A DNA stretch of 64,000 bases. It comes from Felis catus (Eukaryota). The DNA is taken from contig NC_058373.1 in the NCBI RefSeq assembly GCF_018350175.1, positions 110,114,001-110,178,000 of the forward strand. Direction: 5' to 3'. The notes beneath the pieces are model-generated. The model was not told the DNA's origin and ran no database searches. It saw only the letters and a program-made list of their open reading frames with translations. The translations under genes and the position numbers were made by a program. Positions 11,231 through 24,040 of the stretch are shown here, in pieces (positions within the stretch are counted from its first letter, which is position 1; every line of letters begins with the position of its first letter).

Positions 11231-11451
11231 GTAACTTTTAAATAACTGGAAGATCCACCCAAAATCTTTCATTAATACAAACATGTTATACTTTAATACA
11301 TGTGTATAACCCATTAGTCATAATTTTTGCATGTAGTCCAGTAACTTAAGCAGAAATTCCTGAGATTTCCTCATGTATAATTGACAGTAATTAAAAAAAA
11401 AAATTGTCTTCTTATTAAAGTTAAGTAGCATCGCATTTAATTTTTCCCCAG

Positions 11452-11578
11452 GTATGATACACACAGAGAAAATCTTGAGCTGTGCCTGCAAAACAACAAA
11501 TTCAGAATTATTTCTGATTTCTCCAGTGACGTAGTAAGGAGTAGTGCTTGTCTTCAGGCTAAACTGACAGATCTACAG
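11452..11578 (+). CDS. SYNE2: SYNE2 window exon 8 (127 nt) YDTHRENLEL...QAKLTDLQ
   Basis: ttccccag| ... CAG|gtaatt; phase 2/0. Confidence 0.92.
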
Positions 11579-12799
11579 GTAATTACTAAAAATATTATTA
11601 GAGGAGTTTTATGTTTTATTAGAAAACAATACCACCGTGAGTATAGAATTCCACTACCTTGGCTGAGGTCACGTACGCTAGATGTTTCCAAAGAACTCTC
11701 TTTGTTGGATTACATTTCCAATGTCATTCTATTCTAGAAAGTGATTTGCCTTCAAGTACGAAACCCAGGAAAGACTTTGGTTCAGGGTCCTAATTTATTG
11801 CTCCTGCTCTGATTTGGTACTCCAGATACGGTGGCTTGCAGAGTTTTGGGTTGTGTATAGGATAGGAATGAGGACTTCAAAAGAATTGGTCCAAGCACTA
11901 TGTTTGAAGGCAGTTTCACCCAACAGCCCAACTGTGTGGCTATAAAATTAACAATATGTGAAAAACCAGTCATCTTGACAAATTGTCACCTTGTGTGTCT
12001 CATGTTGGGCAGTAACAAAGGGGCAGGCAGTGGAAGGATCTTTCACTCTGATGGATACTCTTGTGGAGAGCCATCAGAAGAAGTATTGCATTTGTATTGC
12101 TCAGGAGCTACAGAAAAAAACCTGTCTAATGTTGGGCACACAAGTTGTAGGCCCTACCAATGACGATCTTCCTTACTTTGAAGACGATCTGTGCAGTGCA
12201 GGGCAACACTGTTGTATACTTGGACGTACATTAGAACGAACCTCACAGAAAACCCATCAGGTGGAGAAAAGGGCCACGGGAGAGCCTACAGTGCCCTCCA
12301 ATATTTTATAGTTATCTTCCTTTTATAATGCCAGTTTCTGAGTCACACTCTACCATCTGGCTTTTCTCTATTTTCCATCTGAGTAAGCAGAATGAATATG
12401 TTAAAATCTCTGTTGTTCAAGTGATAGATTTAGCACGTTTTCATCACAATTAAGAAACTGTCTTGAGACCTTACTCCAGTAACTGAATAATGAGTTGGTC
12501 ATAAAAGCTATACTAATCCTTGGGGAAAGTGAACAAATTATAATGTTCAGCACTCAGTAAAATTGTGTGGTAGTGCCTTAAAAAAAAAAAACAAAAAAAA
12601 CCCCACAAAACCTAACAAGGTAAGGAGCTGGAATAGAATAGAATTTTTACATGTTTAATTATAAATTATAATTTCATTCACTTCTTATTTGATAGAAACA
12701 GTTTTAGTTCACTCTAGTTTTCTTTTTAGTTTAGGGAGAAACAAAGATTTATTATCTAGAGGAACTAGAATATCTGTTCTTATATTACATGTATCTTTC

Positions 12800-12966
12800 C
12801 TTTTTTAAAGTTTATTTGTTTTGAGAGAGAGAGATCATAGGTGGGGGAGAGGCAGAGAGAGAGAGAGAGAGAGAGAATCTTGAGTAGGGACTCGATCCCA
12901 TGAAATCATGACCTGAGCCGAAATCAAGAGTCCAACGCTTAACCACCTCAGCCACCCAGGCGCTCC
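12800..12966 (-). mobile_element. Can-SINE, internally deleted
   Basis: TSD TACATGTATCT. Confidence 0.88.
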
Positions 12967-13328
12967 TACATGTATCTCATCTTTCTGAATTGTATTCTCT
13001 GCACTGACTTATGGGAAGGAAGTGTGGGTTCCTTTATTGTTGACTCCCTTGACTTCACTGAATGGGTCTTCTAACTGAGAGCACAGTTAAGATCATTGTT
13101 CCCTGAAGGATACTTTACTCCTAGATGTTTGGAAAATATTTTTAAAACTTATTTAAAATTAAAATTAGTTAATTAATTTCATTAATGAAATTAGATATAA
13201 AAATAATTTTAATGTATTTTCATATGAAACTTCGTGTTCATAGTTGGCGAATGCCTCATTTTGTTAGAACAAAATAATCATGCCTGTTAACCCCCTAGTT
13301 GATAGATTACTTTATGTGTTTCATCTAG

Positions 13329-13486
13329 GTCTTAGAAAATGAAACTGATTCCTGCTGGAAGGAGTTTGAAATCACTTCACTGAAGTTAGAAGAGCTTGAG
13401 AGTGACGTAAAGAAGCCCTTTATACGCGAGGCAAGAGACAGATTAAAAGAAAAAGAAAGAGAGTTTCAGATGACTCTTAATACCAG
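13329..13486 (+). CDS. SYNE2: SYNE2 window exon 9 (158 nt) VLENETDSCWKEF...QMTLNT(R)
   Basis: catctag| ... AG|gtataa; phase 0/2. Confidence 0.92.
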
Positions 13487-14359
13487 GTATAATTCTGAGA
13501 TCTACTAACGCTGCATTTACTAAATTTATGAAATTTTAATGCTATTTTAAGCTAGGCTAGTACTATATTAAGTATTTTATTTGGTTGCTAACTTGAGGGC
13601 CATTTTACTGATGAGGAAACTGATACTCAGGGAGGTTACATAACCTAACCAAGCCTCCCCACTGGCCAGACATTTAGGTGGAATTTGCACTCTGTTGAGT
13701 TCCAAAGGCCGTGCTCTTCCCCCTGATCTGCCCTTGGGCATGAATTTGGCCATGTCACATAACTTCTCTGAATCTTGATTTTCCCATTTCCAAAGTGAGA
13801 GTGCTGTTATTACCCCCTATACATAGGATGTGTTTCCCCAGGACACATCCCCACTTTACATAGGAGAAAACTGAGGCTCACAGTCATATGTTATTCGTCA
13901 AAGGTCACATATTTCATTCCCAGATTAGTAGAGCCCATTTCTTTGAATTCTGTTATATTTTCACTAATAAAATAATTAGTGTTTATAATGACATTTCTTT
14001 GTCATCCAAGGCAAAGCTAAATTACATTCACCATTTTGCACTTCAAAAGGTTAGGAAAGGCTCTGTATGTTTTACAACAATTTTCCATTCAGTGTGGTTT
14101 CTGTTAAGCTATTATGAATATGTGGATATAGCAAACAACTCATTCTTTGGCATTTTGGATCGCTGGATTTGGGGGTTTTTTGGTGTGTTTTTTGTTGTTT
14201 TTCCTGGGTTTGGGTTTTAATGTGATCTGCACATATCATTGTATGTATTCTTATTGGGTAATTATTTTTTGTTTGTAGTTAAACAATGGCATTAATATGT
14301 TTTGTAGACTACATTTATGGTGCCTTTTCCCATTGTGTCTGGGTTTATTTTTCACCCAG

Positions 14360-14507
14360 AATGGAATCTTTGGAGACTGCGCTGAAGATTGTGTTACCTG
14401 TGGAGAAGGAATCACTTCTCCTCTGTGGCTCAGACCTGCTCCTCCATGAAATGGCCATTCAAGAATTTCATCTCATTGATGCTGATGGCATTTATCAAAA
14501 CCTGAGG
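14360..14507 (+). CDS. SYNE2: SYNE2 window exon 10 (148 nt) MESLETALKIV...IYQNLR
   Basis: cacccag| ... AGG|gtaaat; phase 2/0. Confidence 0.92.
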
Positions 14508-15138
14508 GTAAATATAAGTTTTCCCAGGCACTCATAGAATAAATCAATTCTTCAGAGATTTTTAATTATACGTCAATAGTATATAGTTAGATGATAAGTA
14601 ATGGCAGAAAGTCTTCAATAATTTAGACTGATTTATTTCTCATCTCTTTTATTCCTCACAAATTTGAAAGTAGGTACAGTGAAGTTAATAGGTATTTTCT
14701 TTGAATTCAAAATGAAGGTCTGCTTATGAATATCTTCTCCAATGACTGAAATCCTAAGTATTGTATTAGACTCATGTGCATTTTTTACAGTTTACTTATT
14801 CCAGGTCTCATTTGAAATAGAAAATATTTAAGTTTGATGTTTCAGATTAGAAACAGATGTCGCCACAGTTTAATCTCTATTTTCACTGGAGCCATAGATT
14901 TATATACTTGTTTTCTTTTGGGGATTGAAACATCAGAAAGGTTATCAGATCATGAAACAGATGGGCTCTGATTGTTTGTGATTAAAATGTTTCCTTCTGT
15001 GGACCCTGTCTGACTTGGCAGACCCGGGAAGTGGTTTTCCAGATGCAATCTAGTCATTGGGAGTTTAGGTGCATTGCTGATGGGCAGTCTCTCTTTTTCT
15101 CTGCCTCAGTCTTTTCGGCGTTTCTTACTTTATTTTAG

Positions 15139-15743
15139 AATATCCAAGATTCCATCATAAAACAGATTGAAATATGTAATAATTTGGAACAGTGGGGCGA
15201 CTTTGCATTGAAAGAATTACACCCACTGGATCTCCATGCAACAAAGAATATTATACTGAAACACAGAACACAACTTGATGAAACGAACCACAAGGTACAG
15301 AGTTGTAAAGATGCCCTCAAAGCTCTGGAGGACTTTCTGGCTTCTCTGAAAACAGCTGAACTCCCTTTTGAGCTTGTTACAGACCTGTCAGCCTCAGATA
15401 CACAGGTGGTACCAGAAAACACTTTGACAATAGAAAATAAAGAAGGAGAAACCAATCTGATGAAGGACAAGGCCAGACATTTGGATGAACGTTTGAAGAT
15501 GCTTGGTATAAGCTTTAAAGATGCTGAACGGGGTGACGACACCTGTGAAAAACTTGTTGATGCTTTGTCCAAAAAGTTATTTGAGACACATGGCTATGGC
15601 GTGCAGGAGAAGTTCACTGAAGACAAGTTACTAGAGACTTGTACTTTCAAAAATAATGAACTCCTGAAAAATATTCAAGATGTGTGCAATCAAATCAGTA
15701 AAATCAGTCTTAAGGATCCCACTGCTCCAGCTGTGAAACAACG
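15139..15743 (+). CDS. SYNE2: SYNE2 window exon 11 (605 nt) NIQDSIIKQIEIC...PTAPAVKQ(R)
   Basis: tattttag| ... CG|gtaagt; phase 0/2; overlaps ORF 15184..15747. Confidence 0.94.
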
Positions 15744-16708
15744 GTAAGTCTCATGTCCGTCGATGACCCCATGCGGGATGATGCTCCTCTGTATTTTCAG
15801 TATGTCTTAGGTGAAAGAAATTCTTTCTGTGTCTTTCTACTTCTGTTCCATCCTGCTCTATTCAGTGTTCAGCATGCTTTTCTGTAGGCTCTTCAAACAA
15901 GCTTTCCTTTTGTTGACAGTGTGCCTTTACAAAATGTTATATGATTTTTTTTCTCCCTGAAGTGTACATTTCATGGACAAAGGAGTAATGAAATAAGATG
16001 CATGTAAAGTACTTGAGTTCCTTCAAAGTCCCTTTAGCGCTCTGGTCTTTATTACGGGGTTCTCATGATGAGAGAAGACCTAAAAAACTCCACACACGGG
16101 GTACTAAAGAAAGAAAGAAGTGGTAAAGGATACGCATGTTATACCCTGTCCCTACTTGTTGCTGAATGATTTGGTCTCCTGCTCTCCTTCCAGCAGGATG
16201 GGGATGGGGACAGAGTGGGACGGCATGGGACTGGATGCAAGAGGTCAGCCAAGGTTAGTTTTGATTCTGGAGACTGAGCAGAATTGCCTGGTAAACTGAG
16301 GCAGGCAGGCTTTGTACGAGTGCTGTGATTTTAACTCTTGTGTTCAGAGCCAGCCTCCAGGTCCCGCAAGTGATAATGCTAGCAAGTTACCTCTGTGGCA
16401 GTCTCCGCCCCTTTCTAAATCTTTCCCACATCCTGTCTCCTCTGTCCACCAAGTCCCTCAGGCTCAGTGCTCTCTTGAGACTCTTCAGTTGACCAAGCTC
16501 TTCCCTCTGAAACTGGCCCGTGCTAACGGTCTCAATGAGACTTTTATTCCTACAGTGCCCAGTTCTTAGTGAGGTGTTGAACTAATTACTAATGTGTTAT
16601 TTATTGTTAATAAATATTTATTCTTTATTCATAAATAATAAGTAATAAATAAGTTCCATGTTAATTTATACATGAAAAACTATACATCGATAAACAATAA
16701 ATTGCTTT

Positions 16709-16938
16709 AATTTTTTTTTTTTAATTTTTTTTTTTAACATTTATTTACTTTTGAGACAGAGAGAGACAGAGGATGAACGGGGGAGGGTCAGAGAGAGAGG
16801 GAGACACAGAACCCGAAACAGGCTCCAGGCTCTGAGCTGTCAGCACAGAGCCCGACGTGGGGCTCGAACCCACGAGCCGCCAGATCATGACCTGAGCTGA
16901 AGTCGGACGCTCAACCGACTGAGCCACCCAGGCGCCCC
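16709..16938 (-). mobile_element. Can-SINE
   Basis: TSD ATTGCTTTAATTTTT. Confidence 0.94.
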
Positions 16939-16959
16939 AGATTGCTTTAATTTTTAATT

Positions 16960-18320
16960 TAGCTACCAATACAACAAATACGTGTTGTGTGCCGGGTACT
17001 ATTTTAGGTACTGCAGATAGAGGAGTTAGCACAAAAGACAAAAGCTCTTGTTCCTGATGGAGTCTTATCTAGTGAGAGGAGTAAGATATTCAATATGTTT
17101 GATAGTGATAAAAGCTATGAAGAAAAATCGAACAAGGACGGAGGAGGGGGTTGTAATTCAAAAAGGGTCATCAAGAGTTTTACTGAGAAAGTAACTTTTG
17201 AGTCAGATGGGATGGATGAGAGAGCTGGCCTGGTGACTCCTGGGAGGAAGAGCCTTCCAGGCCGAGGGAGCAGTAGGTGTGAGAATGAGCCTGGCATGTT
17301 TGAGGAGAGGCAAGGAGTTGGGAAAGTCAACAGTGAGGGGAAGAAGTATGAAAGGGGATCAGAACAGGTGGGATGGGGCTTAGCTCAGGTAACCTGTGGG
17401 CCATGAGATAGCTTTGGCTTTTTCTTTGAGTAACATGGGAAGTCATTGGAGGGGTCCGAGCAAATGGAAATGATTTGGTTTTCACTGTAACAGGCTCTCT
17501 CTGGCCCAAGTGCTGAGAATGGTGTAAGAGTCAAGGGAAGATACAGGAAGTCTAGGTTCACCTATGGTAGTGATCCAGGTGAGGGATGATGGTAGCATGG
17601 ACCAGTGGTGAGGTGGCAAAAAGGGCTAAGATTCTGGATAAATTCTTAAGATAGAGTCCACAGTTATATAGGTTATATGTACACATCATACATAGCTTAT
17701 AAGAAAGATTGGAGTCGAGAATGATTCCAAGCTTTGACTTGAGCAACTAGAAGAATGGAGTTACCATTAACTGAGATGAGAAAGAATGAAGTTTATCAGG
17801 TACTGATCAAGTGTGCTCAGTTTTAGAAATGATAGGTTCAACTTATTTGACGTTCATATATGGATATCAACAAGACTCTTAACGACAGATGGAGTCAGGA
17901 GAGGGGGCTGAGCATTTAGAATGCCATGTAGAGTCGTGAGATGGGTGACATTGCCCGCGGAGGGAGGTCAGACAGACAAGGGAAGAGGTCCAAGGTGTTT
18001 ACTCCAGGCACTCCATGTTAAGAGATCAGGGAGATGAGGAGGAACCAGGGAACGAAACCAAGAAAGAGTGGCCAGTATAGGAGAAGGGAAATCAAGAGAG
18101 TCCTGGAGTCAAGTGAGAAGACCTTTCAACAAGGAGAAGTGGTCAGCTGTGTCAAATGCTACTGACCCATGAAGGAAGCGAAGGTTGAGAATGGAACATG
18201 GGTTTAGCAACGTGGAGGTTACCGAAGATCTTGGCGAGCAGGTGGAGAGTGAAATCCTTATGGGAGTGGATTCCAGAGAGAATTGGAAGAAAGGAGGTAG
18301 AGAAGTGAGTACCTGAGAAA
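16960..18320 (-). mobile_element. Ancient L2 fragment
   Basis: L2-like motifs (GTGCCGGGTACT...; GATGATGGTAGCATGGACCAGTGGTG; AATGGAGTTACCATTAACTGAGATG); purine-rich + strand. Confidence 0.7.
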
Positions 18321-18832
18321 AGCAATTTAGACCTGGGTGAATGGAGTTAACCCTTCCAGGGTTAGTTTGCAGATTAAAACCCTTAGGTCAAATGAATCCT
18401 TTTTGATGGGGAAGAGCTTTTTGTACACAAGGTAGAAATGCAACATTTCCTTGCACGTTCCTTTCTCCTCGGCTTCCTCGGCTCTTCCTTAGGAGCTTGC
18501 AGGGCACGTTCACCTGTCTCTTGTCCTTTCTCCATGTCACACTCTCTTTCCCGTTCGCACCCACTCATATTCTTTGTCTGGTTTCTCTCAGGTGCGTATC
18601 TACCTTCTTTACAAGTGTGTTCACCACAGAAAAAGGTCACTGCTTATGGTTTTGTATATTTATTATGTTTAAAATACCGAATTAGTATTCTGGAAATGCA
18701 AAGAGTGTGTAATTTTGGCATAATAATTTGAGGGCAAATTGCAGTGAGAGTGCCTCCCCCAAATTGCCCTTATTTGTGTTGAATCAGAGTGGCCAATCAT
18801 CGGTTATCAAACTTTTCTCTTTCGTAATCAAG

Positions 18833-19012
18833 GAAAAAAGCACTAATGAAACTGGATAAGGATCTAGATGAATATGAAGAAGAGAAGAAATGCTTGCAAG
18901 AAATGGTCAATTGTCTTCCGCAGTTCAGAGACGGCCGAGAAAAATCGCTGAATCAACAGTGCCAAAATACGGCATTTTTGTGGGAGAATACAAAAGCTTC
19001 CGTCACTGAATG
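18833..19012 (+). CDS. SYNE2: SYNE2 window exon 12 (180 nt) KKALMKLDKDLDEYEEE...KASVTE(C)
   Basis: aatcaag| (AAG acceptor) ... TG|gtaagg; phase 2/2. Confidence 0.9.
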
Positions 19013-19267
19013 GTAAGGAAAAAAATCCCTCCCAAATCTGAAAAATTGTGTGTAGCACAATCAACTTTTTGAACTACGTTGAAAACACATCCCCATGGAC
19101 CTAAAGGAGGAACAAGCGTAAGCATTTCATACTGGAAGCTCATGAGATTAATGTCTGGGGCAAGATCTGGAATCCTAGATTATATTGCCCAATGAATTTA
19201 AGAGGTTTATCTAAGAGGAATAACAAATAACCAGTGTATTTATTATTATTATTATTATTTCTCTACC

Positions 19268-19870
19268 TGTATTAGTTTTCTATTGCTGGTCTGTAACTAG
19301 TTACCAGAAGTTTAGTGGCTTAAAAACAACACAAATTTATCTTACAGTCTGGAGGCTAGAAATTCTGAAATCAAGCTGCCTTCCTTTCTTGGAGGCTCTA
19401 GGACAGAATCCGTTTCCTTGCCTTCTAGAGGCCTCCTGACTCCTACTACTTTCCTTGCTGTGTGTCCCCTTCCTCCATCTTTTTTTTTTTTCTTTCTAAA
19501 TGTTAATTTTTGAGAGATAGAGCATGCAAGCTGGGGAGGCACAGAGACAGCAGGGAAAGAATCCAAAGTGGGCTCTGTGCTGATAGCAGCAAGCCTGACG
19601 TGGGGCTCAAACTCACGAATTGTGAGATCATGACCTGAGCCAAAGTTGGACGCTCAACCAACTGAGCCACCCTTCTTCATCTTTAAAGCTAGCCATGTGG
19701 TGTCTTCAAATCTTAATCTGGCTCTTTCTCCCCTCCTCTCATTTCTTTTTCTGTTGTCACTCTGACCCTCCTGTCACCCTCTTATAAGGGGCCTTGTGAT
19801 GATATTGTACCCACACAGATAATTCATGGTAATATTCCTATTTTAAGTTAATCCTTAATCACACCGGTTG
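19268..19870 (-). mobile_element. MLT1-type MaLR LTR with nested Can-SINE (19481-19671, -)
   Basis: TGTATTAGTTTTCTATTGCTG...AGTGGCTTAAAAACAACACAAATTTATCTTACAG MLT1 signature. Confidence 0.75.
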
Positions 19871-20903
19871 GTGATTCTGCCGAATGTTCTCCATCCATGC
19901 CTTCTTTCCCTAACTTTCTGTCTGGAGGTAAAGTGGTTAGGAGGGCTGATCCCTAGCTGACTGTACCAGCCAAGCCAACGGGTCCAGTTAGGACAGGAAG
20001 TTACTAGTAGGAGATTTGAAGACAAGCAGAGAGAGAGAGGTCAAGGCGATCTTAACCCCCTCCCTTTCCAGCAGGTGGTTCTGGCAGCCCCTACTGGCAG
20101 CCTCCTCTCTGGCCCAGAGCACTTCCCCCTTTCCCCTGAGGCCGAGTGGTGTATCTGTTTTTCTCTAGTTTGTGTCTCGGCTCCCTGAAAGTTTCCCTTA
20201 ACTCTGCCTGCATCAGTGGTCCTTTTACACAGAACTCTGTCTGAGGGCACCTCCTGTTTTCTACTGGAACCTGAATGTACAGAAGTTAAGATAAAGCCTG
20301 TCTGTGGTATTCAATCTACTGTACCCTTTGATTTTGTACAGGAAAGAAATTGAGGTCCAAAGAGGCTAAAGTCACATGACTGATTAGTGCCAGCCGTAAC
20401 TAGAAATCAGGTCTCCTAACTGCTTCATTATTTGTATTACTTTACTTTTTTCAAAGGGCTAACTCTAGAATGAGCAAATAGACATAAACAAACTGTGACT
20501 TGCTGAATTAGCATGGAAACAATCTCCAAGAATAGTGCCAGGGAGGCCCAGTTTTCCAAGATACAGTTTGGTTAATGATGAAACTGAGATGCCGATTCCT
20601 TAAGATTATGAATCCTGTGTTTCTTCCTAGAGCTTACATCTGGTAATTTTTTTTTTGCTATTGAAGTAGTGAAAATCATAATGCAGTGCTTTTTTAGACC
20701 ATCCATTTGCCAGATAAGTATGTATGCCATCATTCTTAGGTTAAATTGGTAAAACAATATGCGAAACCATGTCAAGAGGAAAAATCCTTCTGTAACGTAT
20801 TAGTCGTTATTGTAGGATATGTACAAAGAGAGAGAATGGTTTCCCTATTCTTAGAGATTTACCTGTTTTACTTTTTTCTTTTCTTTTTTTTTTTTTTCCA
20901 TAG

Positions 20904-21054
20904 CCTTGACCAATGTGAAAGAGTTTTGGAGCTCTTAAAACAGTATCAGAATTTTAAAAGTGTCTTGACAACTTTGATTCAAAAAGAAGAGAATGTCATC
21001 TCCCTTCAGGCTTCCTACATGGGAAAAGAGAACCTGAAGAAGAGGATAGCAGAG
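20904..21054 (+). CDS. SYNE2: SYNE2 window exon 13 (151 nt) LDQCERVLELLK...LKKRIAE
   Basis: ttccatag| ... GAG|gtgagt; phase 2/0. Confidence 0.94.
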
Positions 21055-22589
21055 GTGAGTCCCGATTCCAAAGGGAACTCTACACCGTGGCCTCAACAAT
21101 AAAGAGGATATTATAAATGGAGTCATTTTTGAAACTCGGCTTACAAGAACGGTGACCGTTTTTACGAGATATCTAAGACCTTACTGAATTTAGTACTAGG
21201 GCTTGAAAAAAAACCCAGTCCCCAAGTTAACGCTAGGTTGCTTCTGTTTGGTTCTTGATACTATTGGTGTGGTTCTGCTGGACTCTGGGGTCACCCCTGC
21301 TCCTACCTCTGTACAGTTTCGACAGTCTTTGCATTGACCTTCTACCCAAAAGGAAACTGAGGCTTTATTTTAGGCTTGAGACAATGAAGGTAGTGGGAAA
21401 ACCCCTCTGTTATTAGTAGACAAAGGAATAATTATGTTTTTATTTATTGGCTTTCTGTAAAGGTGTGTGAGTGTATGTCCATGTTGTTCCATCTGTATTC
21501 ATAGCCTAAGCAATCACAGCATGTTCGAAGAAGAGTAACACTTTTGGACACTAGGTGTCATTATTTTCTGCGATTTTATGTGGTTATCAACCAGAATGGC
21601 AGAAGAACGGAATCGTTGAAGGACACTGCCTGCTACACTATGTGACTGCACACCAGGAAGTTGCTTTTCCTAGCGGCTTTATGGTTTGATGAGAGAGAAT
21701 CAACCAGATGCCTGCAGACAATTTAGTCTTTATCTAGAACTCTTATCCCTGAAGCCGAAAGTGCAGGGTGCAGACACATGACCAGAGCTATAGATGAGGA
21801 ATAGCCTTAGTCTGAGACCCGCTTTCTCAGACTCAGTTTCTTGGAACTGTTCAATCACAGAGAGCCTTGTTTGGACACCAGTTGTACAGTATGTGACTGT
21901 GTAACTGGTTTCCTATGAGATTTAAATGAGGAAGGCCACCAAAACCATGAGCAGACAGTGCTCAGAAGCAACCTGTCTGCTTCCATCCAGCAGAGGTAGC
22001 TTTGGGTTTTGGTGGTCTTGGGATCTAGAAGGGTCCTGTCATCATCCCAGGGGATTTAAAGAACTGTGGGTTTTCTTGATTCCCAGTAAATTCAACATGA
22101 CCAGCCTTACAAGATTGACCTCAACCTTGTGTCCCAATTTACATAGCTACTCTTCTGCTATGGCCCTGATGCCAGTTTCCCAACGTGTACTGTTGTGTCA
22201 GGATCAAAATCTGCCTTATTCACAGATCCTGAGTCCCTACCTTGTATACTGAACAGATATCTAGTCTCTCTTGACTTGCAACTATTCTTGATTTGTGCTA
22301 ATCCTCCTCAGTTCTGGAATCCCTGCCTTTGTCTCGTTAAGTGGAATCCCATTACCAGTAGAAAGTCTTTCCTTTCCTGATCAGGTGAAGTAGCAACTGT
22401 AAAGTGCCTAGGACTTCATCAGCACCTAAATGAGTGTTAGTCCTAATGACCCACCCTGTGTATGGCTGTGAACACTCTCTCTTCTTGGGTATATGAGCAT
22501 TCCTCCTGCCACCTATAACTGTGAACTGTACTTTCTGGATAAGTTATTTATCTGATGAATAAAACTTACTACATCACCCAGCAGCTCTG

Positions 22590-24040
22590 TTGGGCTGGGG
22601 TGCCACCCTTGTGGATCTGCCAGGTTGACCCCATCCTTTGAATGTTGGGTGGAGGCAGCCATGTTGTTCCCTGGGCCAGTTTGCTCTGGGCCTATGATGG
22701 GAGGGGCAGCCTGATGGTCTCTGAGTCACTTTTGGGGCATTCTTCTGTCTTGAAGACTAATGCGTGCCTTCTGTTGAGATGGCTGGTCTATACCAATCTC
22801 CTTATGAAAGGGTCTTTTGGCCATTGTGTTAGTGTTCTCATTTTTTGGCAATATGGTATGAATATGGATAGACTGAGAATTTTCCAGACTTTTCAGTTCT
22901 GCTTCCCTTTTACTTAGCAATTCCATCTTTGAATCATTTATGTTTTCTCACCTTTTGCTGTAAGCAGTCAAGGAGGAGCCAGGTCACATCTTCAGCACTT
23001 TGCTAAAGACATAACTTCAGCTAAATATTCAATTTCATTGCTAGCTCATTCTACCTTCCACAAAAACACAAGAACACAAACACATTTCAGTCCAGTTCTT
23101 TGCCACTTGATAACAAGTATCACCTTTTCTCCAGATCCAACATCATGTTCCTCATTTCTGTCTGCAACCTCATCGAAATGGCCTTTAGTATCTACATTCC
23201 TTTAGTGTCTACATTCCTTTAGTATACATTCTGTTCATCATTACTTAGTTATTCTGTAAGAAGATTGAGACTTTCTCTCAGCTCTCCTCTTTCCTTTCTG
23301 AGCCCTCACCAGAATTGCCCTTAACCATCATTTCAGGGCAATACTGGCTTTTTCTAGCAGACTTCTCAAAAGTCTTCCAGCCTCTACCCATAACCCAGTT
23401 CTAAAGCCTCTTCTACATTTTTTGGTATTTATTACAGCAGTACCCCACTGCTCTGTACCAATTTCTGTCCTACTCTCTTCAGGCTGTAATGAAAAATAAA
23501 ATACCATACGTTGGATGGCTTCTAAACAACAATAATTTGGGGTGCCTGGGTAGCTCAGTTGGTCAAGCGTCTGACTTCAGCTCAGGTCATGATCTCATGG
23601 TTCATGAGTTTGAGCCCCGCGTCAAGCTCTGTGCTGACAGCTCAGAGCCTGGAGCCTGCTTCAGATTCTGTGTCTCCATCTCTCTGCCCCTCCCCAGCTT
23701 GCAGTCTGTCTCTCTGTCTTTCTCAAAAATAAATAAACATTAAAAAAATTTTTTTAATAAAAAAATAAACAACAGAAATCTATTTCTCACAGTTCTGGAA
23801 GTTGAGAAGTACAAAAGCAAGGTCCCTGCAGATTTGGGGTCTGGTGGGGGCCTGCTTCCTGGTTCGTAGATGGCTGTCTTCCTGCTGTGTCCTTAGATGG
23901 AGGAAGGGGCAAGAGAACTCTCTAGGGTCTCTTTTATAAGGGCACTAGTTCTATTTATGAGGGCTTCACCCTCATGACCTCATGCCCTGCCAAAGGACCC
24001 ACCTCCAAATACCATCACTATGGGGTTTAGAACAACAGCC
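22590..24040 (-). mobile_element. MLT1A0-like 5' LTR (~23466-24040) plus MaLR internal sequence, with nested + Can-SINE (23539-23765)
   Basis: LTR motifs CCCTTATAAAAGAGACCC and GAACTGTGAGAAATAG on the minus strand; internal starts GAAATTGGTACAGAGCAGTGGGG. Confidence 0.8.

Noticed and set aside
11782..12311. Overlapping 63-106 aa ORFs in intron 8
   Set aside because: No recognisable protein, no convincing splice signals, and exons 8 and 9 join in phase without it.
15135..15572. 145-aa antisense ORF (also 61107-61400, 61520-61750)
   Set aside because: Shadow ORFs opposite SYNE2 coding exons.
23182..23232. 17-bp tandem repeat CCTTTAGTRTCTACATT x2.7
   Set aside because: Ordinary slippage within the MaLR internal relic.
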